From Candidatus Sumerlaeaceae bacterium (GTDB lineage Bacteria; Sumerlaeota; Sumerlaeia; Sumerlaeales; Sumerlaeaceae): a stretch of DNA of 64,000 bases. The first letter of the stretch is position 1. Each line of letters opens with the position of its first letter. This document shows positions 10,087 through 19,193 of this stretch, piece after piece. Both the position numbers and the translations under genes were made by a program. Where the stretch lies: NCBI GenBank assembly GCA_026418615.1, contig JAOAAY010000001.1, positions 142,052 to 206,051 on the forward strand, in the 5' to 3' direction. The notes beneath the pieces are model-generated. The model searched no databases, was not told the DNA's origin, and saw only the letters and a list, made by a program, of their open reading frames with translations.

Positions 10087-11220
10087 TCAGTCCTCGGATT
10101 GCTGCGCGGCCTGCTCGACCGCATCCCACCGGATGCGTTTATGGTAGCGGACAGAGGTAATCAGAATGAAGACAAAACCGAGCAAGGCCCCGTAGAAGAG
10201 GGTCGAGAGGCGTACGATGAAGATGGCGGGCGTCGCCTGATGCGCAGGCACCCCCAGATAGGTGAGCATCACAGCCATGCTGCTCTCAAATCCGCCCAAC
10301 CCGCCGGGCAGGAAAAACAGCAGCCCCCCGAAAATCGTGGACATGCAAAACACAAAAGCCGCCTGCCCAAGGTTGGTATGCGGCGCTCCCACACCCGCAA
10401 GGATGAGATCGAAAGCCACGCACTCAAAAAACCACGACACAGATCCCATGGTGGTCGTGATGAGCAGGTTGCGGACGGTCAAGAGCGGGTAGGTCGCATC
10501 ATAAAGATCCTTGAACTTCTCCACAGTAGCCCGGGTGCGCGGCCTGCGGCCGGCCCACTCCAGCACGGCGTGAATCAGGCGCCGCTGGCGGCCCAGCCAG
10601 ATCACTGCCGCCATGAATACCGCTGACAGAACCAGCAGTCCCAAAACGAGTCCCGTTCCAAGGCCGCCGGCGTCCGCCCCCTGCACGCGCCCGGCAAGAA
10701 AATAACCGGCCGCGCCCGCGGCCAACACGATCATGCCCAGCAGGTCGGAGGCCCTCTCGCACAACACCAGCGGGATGGTTCGCCTCATTTTTTGCCCGAA
10801 GTACTCCTTGTACATAAAAGGCTTGATAATCTCCCCGACACGGCCGGGGGAAATGCACATGGAATAACCGGAGAAAAACACCAGAAAACTTCCGCTGCGA
10901 GGCACCGCAATGCCTGCCGCGCGCCGGAAGTAGTCCCATTTGAGTTCGCGCAAAAGAAAATTGACCGTCACGCAAACCAGGATCAGCGGCATCTGCACCC
11001 AGGGAAAAGCCTGCAGCGTGGCGATGTTTTTGCGTGAGTCACTCCAGATGACCAGCGCCGCGTACACGATAATCGCGAGCGCCAGCACCCAGACCGAGCG
11101 AGTGATGACCTTGCGCTTCACTTTTCCGAGCCCGCGCAAGGGCACTGGGCAACGCCGGCAATGGCAAGAGGAATTGCTTGAACTCGCCGTGAAACACCAA
11201 AAGCCTCGCTTGTATGACAA
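10087..11220 (-). CDS. UPF0104 / lysylphosphatidylglycerol-synthase-TM-region-like (flippase-like) integral membrane protein
   Basis: 377 aa with about 8 TM helices and conserved GRVGEI and LxxLP blocks characteristic of the MprF-TM-like/TIGR00374 family. Start codon uncertain. Confidence 0.55.
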   Translation of the reverse strand: MSYKRGFWCFTASSSNSSCHCRRCPVPLRGLGKVKRKVITRSVWVLALAIIVYAALVIWSDSRKNIATLQAFPWVQMPLILVCVTVNFLLRELKWDYFRRAAGIAVPRSGSFLVFFSGYSMCISPGRVGEIIKPFMYKEYFGQKMRRTIPLVLCERASDLLGMIVLAAGAAGYFLAGRVQGADAGGLGTGLVLGLLVLSAVFMAAVIWLGRQRRLIHAVLEWAGRRPRTRATVEKFKDLYDATYPLLTVRNLLITTTMGSVSWFFECVAFDLILAGVGAPHTNLGQAAFVFCMSTIFGGLLFFLPGGLGGFESSMAVMLTYLGVPAHQATPAIFIVRLSTLFYGALLGFVFILITSVRYHKRIRWDAVEQAAQQSED

Positions 11221-11272
11221 ACGAGCAAAATCGCGTTCGGCGGCCTGATTGTCGCCGGGAATTGGAAGCGTA

Positions 11273-11716
11273 ATGGAAGTTATTCTGTTTGACGATGTGA
11301 AGGACCTCGGCCGTCAGGGAGATGTGGTCAAAGTCGCTCCGGGGTATTTTCGTAATTTCCTTTCACCCAAGGGACTTGCCGCCGAGGCGACCCCGGCCAA
11401 CCGCCACCGGTTCGAGAAAATGAAGAAGAAGCAGCAGGAACTGGCGGCCGCAAGGCTGGCGGATGCGCAGGCCCTCGCCAAGAAGATCGAGGGGATCACT
11501 GTCACAGTGAAAGCCAAAGCCGGCGAAACCGAGCGTCTCTTCGGCTCCGTGACCCAGCACGACATCGCCGAGGCCCTCGCTGCTGCAGGATATCATGTGG
11601 ACAAACGCCACATCATTCTGGAGGAGCACATCAAGCAACTCGGCCTGTTTACTGTGGGCGTTCAGATCCACCCGCAGGTCGAGGGCAAGATCCGCGTTCT
11701 CGTCGAGCGCGCCTGA
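11273..11716 (+). CDS. rplI: 50S ribosomal protein L9
   Basis: MEVILFDDVKDLGRQGDVVKVAPGYFRNFL is the canonical L9 N-terminal domain. Track ORF trimmed to the MEVIL Met. Confidence 0.88.
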   Translation: MEVILFDDVKDLGRQGDVVKVAPGYFRNFLSPKGLAAEATPANRHRFEKMKKKQQELAAARLADAQALAKKIEGITVTVKAKAGETERLFGSVTQHDIAEALAAAGYHVDKRHIILEEHIKQLGLFTVGVQIHPQVEGKIRVLVERA

Positions 11717-11953
11717 GCCGGCTCTTTACCCCCCCGGTTCCCTGCCCGCCGTATGCGCTACGCGTGGTGTGGCCATTTGAAACCTGATCGCGGGATTGCA
11801 GGAAAAGGAAAAGGACGGGAGTGCGAGCCCAAGGGGGAGGAAGACTCGCTCGCGGAACCGCGCTGGTGCGACGCGGTTGGTGCGTCCGCTTTGCTCCCGT
11901 CTCGCTTCGAATATGCACCAAATCGGTCCTCGATATTCAAGCGCAAAATTTGC

Positions 11954-11992
11954 AAAAAAATGGGGGGCTCCGCCGCTCATGGCGAAGCCCCC
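11954..11992 (-). terminator. rho-independent terminator of ilvC
   Basis: On the minus strand a 12-bp GC-rich stem (GGGGGCTTCGCC / GGCGGAGCCCCC, one mismatch) is followed by TTTTTTTGC. It lies 20-60 nt after the ilvC stop. Confidence 0.6.
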
Positions 11993-12014
11993 TCAAGCGT
12001 GAACGGGAACCGCT

Positions 12015-13082
12015 TTACTTCTTTTTCTTCGAGGCCTTCGACGGCTTTTCGGCCTTCTTGGCGGGTTCTTTGGCTGCGGGGGCCGGTTTGCCCTTTTGCA
12101 GCCAACTCATCATGCCGCGCAGGCGCTCGCCAACGGCCTCGATCTCGAGTTCAGCAGCCCGACGGCGCAAGGCCTTGAACATGGGCCGCCCCGCCTGATT
12201 CTCCAAAATCCATTCGCGGGCAAACTCGCCGCGCTGGATCTCCCCAAGGATGCGTTTCATCTCATCTTTGACCGATTGGCTGATCACACGCGGACCCCGG
12301 GTCAAGTCGCCGTATTCGGCCGTGTCACTGATCGAGTAGCGCATATTCGCCAGACCCTTCTCGTAAATCAGGTCAACAATCAGTTTGACCTCATGGCAGC
12401 ATTCAAAATAGGCAATCTCCGGCTGGTAACCCGCCTCAACCAGCGTGTTAAAACCCTGCACTATCAGTTCGCACAGCCCCCCGCACAGGACCACCTGCTC
12501 GCCAAACAGGTCAGTTTCGGTTTCCTCTTTGAATGTTGTCTCTAGCACGCCGGCGCGTGTGGCCCCGACAGCCTTGGCGTGGGCAAGGGCGAGGTCATGG
12601 GCTTTGCCCGTATAGTCCTGATGGATGGCAATCAGGGCCGGGACGCCGCCGCCCTCCACAAAGACCCGGCGCACGAGATGTCCCGGGCCCTTCGGCGCGA
12701 TCATGTACACATCCACATTTTTCGGCGGCACAATCGTGCCAAAGTGAATGTTGAAACCGTGAGACCAGACGAGGGCTTTGCCGGGCTTCAATTGAGGCCG
12801 GATGGATTCCTCGTAAACGGCCGGTTGGCGCTCGTCCGGCACCAGCAACTGGATGACATCGGCCTTGGCGGCGGCCTCAGCGGCGCTCAGCGGCGAGAAA
12901 CCGTGGCTCTTTGCGATTTCGTAATTGGTGCCGCCGGGCAACTCGGCGATGATGACATTCACGCCGCTGTCACGCATGTTTTGAGCCTGTGCGTGCCCCT
13001 GACTGCCATAGCCGATAATGGCAACAGTCTTACCCTGCAGGGGCTTGAGCGTGGCGTCTTTCTCGTAGTACATTTTCACCAT
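12015..13082 (-). CDS. ilvC: ketol-acid reductoisomerase (class I KARI) with Lys-rich C-terminal tail
   Basis: [43 protein letters not shown] is the classic IlvC N-terminus. The C-terminal about 30 aa form a [14 protein letters not shown] tail not found in typical KARIs. Confidence 0.93.
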   Translation of the reverse strand: MVKMYYEKDATLKPLQGKTVAIIGYGSQGHAQAQNMRDSGVNVIIAELPGGTNYEIAKSHGFSPLSAAEAAAKADVIQLLVPDERQPAVYEESIRPQLKPGKALVWSHGFNIHFGTIVPPKNVDVYMIAPKGPGHLVRRVFVEGGGVPALIAIHQDYTGKAHDLALAHAKAVGATRAGVLETTFKEETETDLFGEQVVLCGGLCELIVQGFNTLVEAGYQPEIAYFECCHEVKLIVDLIYEKGLANMRYSISDTAEYGDLTRGPRVISQSVKDEMKRILGEIQRGEFAREWILENQAGRPMFKALRRRAAELEIEAVGERLRGMMSWLQKGKPAPAAKEPAKKAEKPSKASKKKK

Positions 13083-13184
13083 GTTAGGTTTGCCGTCCTT
13101 GGAGGTGGGTTTCGTTGACTGGCAACGAGCAATCGCCCGTTGCCCTTCAAGTCAAATGCCATTTCCGGCGCCCTCAGCGGGGCG

Positions 13185-15068
13185 TTACGCGTTCAGTTGC
13201 CGGAGTGTCTGTCCAGCGCGCCGGCGCTCCTCGCTCGCTTGCGGCGCGGCCCGCTCTACATGTTGAAGCAGCACACGGGCGTCATCCGTGTAGCCGGTTG
13301 ACAGATAGTAGTCGGCCAAGGCCATCCAATAGGCGTAATTGTCCGGTGCCAGATGAATGGCGGTCATCAGATCGCGCTCCACCTGGCCGTCTCGGGCAGC
13401 CCCAAGGCGGGCCATGCGTTCGCGCGCCATCTCGGCCAGCCGCGCCGCACTCGTCGCCGCATCGGCACTGCGCAGGGCGGCCGTGCCGGTAAGATTTCGG
13501 TCAAGCAATTGAATGAATGTCTCATCGGGATACGATCCGCGTGCCCCCCGGTACAAATCGCGGGCCGCAATCAAATAGGCGCGGGCCAGATGATAGCGCT
13601 CCGGATCCTTGAAAAACTCCTTGCCCCGGCGGTCGCGCCGCTCCGCTACAATCAATGAAGAGTCGGGCCGCGAGAGCGGCAGTTGGGCCGTAATCTTGTC
13701 AATCTCTTCGGCGACCCTCGCACTTTCATACGAGGGATATAACTCGGCAAACCCCACGAGGACTTCCCGGGCCTGGAGTGTTTTGCCTTCCGCGCGTAAC
13801 GCCGAAACCTGCGACAAAGTGCGGCGGTATTCGGCCTCTGCTGCCTCCTGCGTTCCTTGCGAAGCGTCCTCTCGCCAAAGACCATTGCTGACTCCCGCGA
13901 ACACCAATGCCAACGCGATGATCACGATGGCGCCGATAGCGGGCCACCACCGCGCCATGGGACGCAACAACTCTACGAACCGGACAAGGCCCCCGCTCGA
14001 ATCGCCTGTAATGTCGGAAACCCTGCGGGGAGGCGGTGTACCGGGCGGCGGTGGCGGGGTTGTCGGACCGGGAGTCTGCTCGCCTTCGGCGGCGACACGC
14101 GGCGTGGACATTTCGGCTGTCACAGGTTTAGGCGGTGTCGGAGCCGGTCTCACCGGCACCATGGCAGAGGAGGATTCCATCCGCCGCGTTGGATCAAATG
14201 AAGCAGCAGAAACCCCTCCGTTGATCCGGATGGCCGAGCGGCCCTCTACTGCCGCCTCCAGCGCCTCGGCCATTTGTTCGCCGGTGGCATAGCGCAGGTC
14301 GCGGCTTTTCTCGAGTGCCCGCATGATGACCTTCTCAACGGGCGGGGTCACGGCAGGGTTGATCTGCGAGAGGGGCGGCGGCTGTTCGTAAAGATGTTTT
14401 GTGGCAATAGCAATCGGATTTTCACCGTCAAACGGCGGCTGGCCGGCAAGGCAGTAATACAGGCACACGCCCAGCGAGTACAAATCCGACTGCCCGTCCA
14501 CGCCCTTGCCGGTCACCTGCTCGGGCGACATGAAGCGCGGCGTCCCCATACTGACGCCCGTCTGCGTCTTGAACTTGGACTCCATGAACCGCGCGATGCC
14601 GAAATCGGTGATTTTCGCAACGCCCTGCGGCGTGATAATAATATTATCCGGTTTGATGTCGCGGTGGACAACATTGAAACCATGGGCATAGTGCAGCGCC
14701 CGCGCGACCTGGGCTCCAATGCTGACCACCTCGGTTTCCGACATGGCCGCCCGGCGGTCTATCTTGGCCTGCAGACTCTCCCCTTCGACAAACTCCATAA
14801 TGATGCAAAATGTATGGTTGTACGGTTCGATGTCGTAAACGGCCACAATATTGGGATGGCTCATGCGGCCGACAATCTCGGCCTCCTGCCGGAACCGGGC
14901 GCGAAACTCGATATCCGACGCGAGTTCCTCTGAGAGCATTTTGACCGCCACGGTGCGGCCAAGGGTTTTCTGGACCGCTTTGTAAACCGTGCCCATGCCG
15001 CCGCGACCCACCAGCGCGATACACTCATACTTGCCGGCAATGATCCCTGGAAGTTTCGTGGGCATCAT
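13185..15068 (-). CDS. Ser/Thr protein kinase with Pro-rich linker, TM segment and C-terminal TPR-like domain
   Basis: Hanks kinase subdomains present: GRGGMGTVYKA, VAVK, HRDIKPDNI, DFG, SPEQ. Pro-rich linker, predicted TM helix WWPAIGAIVIIALALVFAGV, then a helical repeat region. Confidence 0.88.
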   Translation of the reverse strand: MMPTKLPGIIAGKYECIALVGRGGMGTVYKAVQKTLGRTVAVKMLSEELASDIEFRARFRQEAEIVGRMSHPNIVAVYDIEPYNHTFCIIMEFVEGESLQAKIDRRAAMSETEVVSIGAQVARALHYAHGFNVVHRDIKPDNIIITPQGVAKITDFGIARFMESKFKTQTGVSMGTPRFMSPEQVTGKGVDGQSDLYSLGVCLYYCLAGQPPFDGENPIAIATKHLYEQPPPLSQINPAVTPPVEKVIMRALEKSRDLRYATGEQMAEALEAAVEGRSAIRINGGVSAASFDPTRRMESSSAMVPVRPAPTPPKPVTAEMSTPRVAAEGEQTPGPTTPPPPPGTPPPRRVSDITGDSSGGLVRFVELLRPMARWWPAIGAIVIIALALVFAGVSNGLWREDASQGTQEAAEAEYRRTLSQVSALRAEGKTLQAREVLVGFAELYPSYESARVAEEIDKITAQLPLSRPDSSLIVAERRDRRGKEFFKDPERYHLARAYLIAARDLYRGARGSYPDETFIQLLDRNLTGTAALRSADAATSAARLAEMARERMARLGAARDGQVERDLMTAIHLAPDNYAYWMALADYYLSTGYTDDARVLLQHVERAAPQASEERRRAGQTLRQLNA

Positions 15069-15314
15069 GGGTCAGCAGTGGGCAAAGTAGAAATGGCTCG
15101 CGCGGCCACCGCAGCAGCGGCCGGGCGCAGCATGGCCGGCCCGCGCGCCTGCCAACAGCAGCCCCCGGCGCGGCGAACCGCCAATCCTCAACGAGTCGGC
15201 GGAAACGATGCTCAACGCGCCTCCTCAATCCGCCGGCCCATACCAACCGTCAAGACCGATTGAGACCTCCCGGCAGAATACCGATGCCGAAACAATGTAC
15301 CCCAAACCGTCCGT

Positions 15315-15391
15315 GCCCGGTTCGTCTAGCGGTTTAGGACATCGCCCTCTCACGGCGAAGATCACGGGTTCGAATCCCGTACCGGGTACCA
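15315..15391 (+). tRNA. tRNA-Glu (anticodon CUC)
   Basis: Cloverleaf built by hand. Acceptor GCCCGGT/ACCGGGT with one G-U. D-arm TCGTCTAGCGGTTTAGGACA. Anticodon stem TCGCC/GGCGA with loop CTCTCAC gives anticodon CTC. T-arm ACGGGTTCGAATCCCGT. Discriminator A and encoded CCA. Closely resembles bacterial tRNA-Glu. Confidence 0.85.
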
Positions 15392-15611
15392 TCCTTCCCT
15401 CCGAACCCCTGTGGCTTGATCCAACCGCTGTCAGTCGGAAGCATGCGGTCGAATTGCCCCTCTGATCGGCTTTCCGGCTGTTTCTTGCCATGGACGACTG
15501 CGTTGGAAGGTTCGTGCCGTTCACGCAAACAGCCCACTAAGCATTGACTCCGCCCCGTCAGGCCGGCCCCCTGTCATTCAGGATACCATCAAGGAGTGTA
15601 CGCGATCCGAT

Positions 15612-16442
15612 ATGCCGGCGTTGCGCGAAACCATTGCGGAGGCGACCGCGTTCATCCGCAAACAAACGAGCATTCAACCCGAAGTGGGCATTATCCTCGG
15701 CACAGGCATGGGGGCCATGGCCTCCGAGGTCACGGATGCCACGGTCATCGATTACGGTGACATCCCTCATTTCCCGGTCTCAACGGTAGAGTCGCACCAC
15801 GGACGCCTACACCTCGGCACCTTTGCCGGCAAACGCGTCTTCATGATGCAGGGGCGGTTCCACTATTACGAAGGCTACACGATGCAGCAGATCACCTTTC
15901 CTGTGCGCGTGATGCGCGCACTGGGGGTCAAGGCCCTCATCGTGATGAATGCCGTGGGCAGCATGAACCCCTTTATCCGAAAGGGGTCCCTCGTGCTGGT
16001 GCAGGATCACATCAATCTGATGGGCGACAATCCGCTGATCGGCCCAAACGATGACGAACTTGGTCCGCGGTTTCCCGACATGAGCGAGCCATACTCTCGC
16101 GACCTCATCGCCCTTGCCGAGCAGGTGGCGCTCGACGAGCGCCTTCCGCAGGTGCACCGCGGCGTGATGGTCGCCGTCACTGGGCCAAACCTTGAGACGG
16201 CCGCCGAATACCGGATGTTTCAGCGTATCGGAGCGGACATCGTGACCATGTCCACCGTACCAGAGGTCATTGTGGCGGTCCATGGAGGCTTGAAGGTGCT
16301 GGCCATTTCAACCGTCACCGATGAATGCCTGCCCGACGCCCTCCAGCCCGCACTGCTGGAGGAAATCATCAAGGTGGCCAATGAAACCGAACCGAAACTC
16401 CGGCGACTGGTTCGCGGTGTGGTCGAGCGGATGGTGCTCTGA
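15612..16442 (+). CDS. purine nucleoside phosphorylase (PNP/MTAP family 2)
   Basis: 276 aa. GIILGTGMG, HHGRLHLGTFAGKRVFMMQGRFHYYEGY and VTMSTVPE blocks are typical of trimeric PNP (PunA/XapA-like). Confidence 0.85.
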   Translation: MPALRETIAEATAFIRKQTSIQPEVGIILGTGMGAMASEVTDATVIDYGDIPHFPVSTVESHHGRLHLGTFAGKRVFMMQGRFHYYEGYTMQQITFPVRVMRALGVKALIVMNAVGSMNPFIRKGSLVLVQDHINLMGDNPLIGPNDDELGPRFPDMSEPYSRDLIALAEQVALDERLPQVHRGVMVAVTGPNLETAAEYRMFQRIGADIVTMSTVPEVIVAVHGGLKVLAISTVTDECLPDALQPALLEEIIKVANETEPKLRRLVRGVVERMVL

Positions 16443-16454
16443 GGCTCTTCCGCC

Positions 16455-17390
16455 ATGCTGACCGACAGTGTCCTCAGCCTGATTGGCAACACTCCCCTTG
16501 TCCGGATCGGCCAAGAGAACATCTACGCCAAGGCGGAGTTCCTGAACCCCGGAGGCAGCGTCAAAGACCGAGTGGCTCTGGCCATGCTCGAAGGCGCCGA
16601 ACGGGACGGACGCCTAAAGTCCGACTCGATCATCGTGGAGCCAACTTCAGGCAATACAGGCATCGGCGTGGCGCTCGTGGGACGGCTAAAGGGTTATCAA
16701 GTCCGGATCGTCATGCCGGAGGGGATGAGCGAAGAGCGTAAGAAACTGATCGAGGCGTTGGGGGCCGAATTGATTCTCACCCCAGACTCGGAGAGCATCC
16801 TCGGCGCCGTGCAGCGGGTGCGACAGATGGCTGCCGAGGATCCGCGTGTATTTGTACCCCAGCAATTTGAGAACCCCGAAAACCCCCGCGTGCATTACAC
16901 CGGGACTGCCAGCGAACTCTGGAGCCAGATGGCGGGTGAGGTGGGATGCTTTGTCGCGGGTATCGGCAGTGGCGGCACGATGCAGGGCGTCGGAACATTC
17001 CTGAAAGAGCGCCGACCCGATGTCAAATTGATCGCCGTCGAACCCAAAAATGTGTCGGCTCTGCTGGGGCATGAGCCGGGACTGCATCAGATTCAAGGCA
17101 TTGGCGACGGCTTCGTGCCTGCCATTTTGGATGTTTCTCTGATTGATGATGTGGTTGAAGTGACCGACGAGGACGCTATCGAGACGACCCGCGAGTTGAG
17201 CCGGGATTTCGGGCTGTTGGTCGGAATTTCATCGGGGGCCAATGTGTGGGCGGCGCGCCAGATTGCGAAACGATTCAAGGGGAACATCGCAACCGTGCTG
17301 GCCGATCGGGCCGAGCGGTACTTTAGCACGGCACTCATGGGACACCCGCCACGCCGCACCATGCCGTCAGAGGCTGCCGCAGTCCATTAG
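16455..17390 (+). CDS. cysK: cysteine synthase (O-acetylserine sulfhydrylase, CysK/CysM family), PLP-dependent
   Basis: 311 aa. PLP-lysine block GGSVKDRVALAML, and GNTGIG and GISSGA motifs. 12-nt gap after the PNP gene. Confidence 0.82.
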   Translation: MLTDSVLSLIGNTPLVRIGQENIYAKAEFLNPGGSVKDRVALAMLEGAERDGRLKSDSIIVEPTSGNTGIGVALVGRLKGYQVRIVMPEGMSEERKKLIEALGAELILTPDSESILGAVQRVRQMAAEDPRVFVPQQFENPENPRVHYTGTASELWSQMAGEVGCFVAGIGSGGTMQGVGTFLKERRPDVKLIAVEPKNVSALLGHEPGLHQIQGIGDGFVPAILDVSLIDDVVEVTDEDAIETTRELSRDFGLLVGISSGANVWAARQIAKRFKGNIATVLADRAERYFSTALMGHPPRRTMPSEAAAVH

Positions 17391-17462
17391 GCCCCTCAGC
17401 GGCTGTCACAGCCCGGCCGTCCGAGCATGCAGCGCCTTGCTTTGGGTTTTTGAGGGCAAACC

Positions 17463-18914
17463 TCAATCCAGCCGGAATCTGCTGACCGTCACGGGCAAAT
17501 GCATCAGGTACGGATCCGCCCAAGAATAAAACGGTGTGTTGTCACCGTTCACAGACAGCCGGTATGCCGGAACGCTGCAAGTATGGGTCTTGAAGTCGTA
17601 CGAGTACCCGTTTCCCACCCAGGTCCGTAGCACATCGGAGTAGATTAGCGTCTGACCGGCCGCAACCCGCGTCCGGACGGTCTGCGCATCCTCCCGGAGC
17701 ACATAGGCCTCGCCGGAGCCATCCACATACCCCACGCGGTTGCGATCAATGAACATGGCCGTGTTTTCGCTGACGGCGACACACACGATCTCTGTCGTGC
17801 GGTTGTCTTGCCTCAGGCGCGCCATAAATGCCATCGCCCGCCCCATCCGGTCGCGCTGCCGAAAATGAGTGTCGGTAATCATATTATCCATCAGCGGCAA
17901 ATCCAAAAAGCCATCCGAGATGATGACCCCGCTGCGGTAGGGGTTGGCGACCGCCTCGGCACTCGTGACGGCTGTCACTCCGTCGGGATCGTACATGAAT
18001 TCCCCCATGATCGCACAGCCCGCCGAAAGCCCGCCGACAACTCCACCGCGGTCGTACACCTGCCGGATGGCGTCCTCGGCCAGCGTGTCCTTCCATGCAT
18101 TCAATTGCTCGGACTGATCGCCGCCCGCCACCCACAACAATTCGGCGTTGCCAATCACCCACTGCGCGTAAGCCGAATTAGCCTTGGCGACCGAATCGAG
18201 GAGCAGCGTTTCGACGGAGTGCGGCTTCGTGGGACCGGAGGTCAGGTTATACAGGTAATTGTTGTACCCGTTGGAGCCGCTTGTCCGGATGACCACGACA
18301 TCGCCACCGTTGGCGATGGGATAGGCGCGGTTGACGAAGGCCGCGTCAACTTCGGAGCCGCCACCCATCAAAAGCACTGCGGGCCCGCCGACCGGTTGCG
18401 TGGGTGAGTCCGCGGCGTTGCCAGTCACCCAGACGCGCAAGTTAATCGGTCGCGGCGGGCGCCCGCTGCCGTCGGGAAAAGTCACCAACAACTGGTAGGT
18501 GCCAGTACCCGCAGTGCGGCTGACCTCAATATAGTAGCGCCCCGCGGCAGATACCGAAACCGATCCGATCTCCGAAGGTCCGCTATCCGTGCCGCCGCCC
18601 AGATAGGTCCCGGCACTGTCGTAGAGGCGCCAGTTAAAGTTATCCGGCGATGTGTAATACACGGCCGCCTCAACAGAACCGGACGATACCGTGTCAAAGT
18701 AAAACCAATCCACATCACTTGCGGAACTGATGGACGCGCTCACCTGGACACCGTATCCCACCGGGCCGTTGGCTTGCGCGCGTGTGTTGTTGCTCTCCGT
18801 CTCGCCAGTAATCTGGGCTGACAAGGCCGTCGCACAGCACAAAACTGCAGCGACCGCTGATTGGCGAAGGCTCAGTAGTCGGGAAAGGAAGGACATCACC
18901 TTCATGGTACCCAT
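17463..18914 (-). CDS. secreted peptidase S51 (cyanophycinase/dipeptidase-E-like) with N-terminal PPC (pre-peptidase C-terminal-like) domain
   Basis: Signal peptide MGTMKVMSFLSRLLSL...ALSAQ. A PPC-like beta-sandwich region (DVDWFYFD...YYIEVSR). An S51 core with LLMGGGSE, GGDQ and nucleophile elbow GLSAGCAIMGE. Confidence 0.6.
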   Translation of the reverse strand: MGTMKVMSFLSRLLSLRQSAVAAVLCCATALSAQITGETESNNTRAQANGPVGYGVQVSASISSASDVDWFYFDTVSSGSVEAAVYYTSPDNFNWRLYDSAGTYLGGGTDSGPSEIGSVSVSAAGRYYIEVSRTAGTGTYQLLVTFPDGSGRPPRPINLRVWVTGNAADSPTQPVGGPAVLLMGGGSEVDAAFVNRAYPIANGGDVVVIRTSGSNGYNNYLYNLTSGPTKPHSVETLLLDSVAKANSAYAQWVIGNAELLWVAGGDQSEQLNAWKDTLAEDAIRQVYDRGGVVGGLSAGCAIMGEFMYDPDGVTAVTSAEAVANPYRSGVIISDGFLDLPLMDNMITDTHFRQRDRMGRAMAFMARLRQDNRTTEIVCVAVSENTAMFIDRNRVGYVDGSGEAYVLREDAQTVRTRVAAGQTLIYSDVLRTWVGNGYSYDFKTHTCSVPAYRLSVNGDNTPFYSWADPYLMHLPVTVSRFRLD

Positions 18915-19193
18915 CGCCGAATCGCTTACTCAATGTGATTCAGCCTCGAATCGGGTCATGCGCCCTGCAGGACCGATGAGACGATGTCGTGAAATTCATA
19001 GGGTGTCACAATAACGCGTCGCTGCCCAAGCGCGTGGGGCACCACCGACTTTTCACAGTTCCGCAATTCTGCCCCGGATAACCGCGCGGGGCGCATCGCG
19101 CGGCTCAAAACCGCATTGAGCCTGAGAATTTGCAGAGGCCCACGAAGGGTTGACACGGACTCGGCACAGCCCGTCTTTCGACCTCCGGCAACC

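Noticed and set aside
15225-15537. Two minus-strand ORFs (99 and 67 aa) and a plus-strand 85-aa ORF over the tRNA
   Set aside because: They overlap the tRNA-Glu gene and are artefacts of reading a structured RNA locus.
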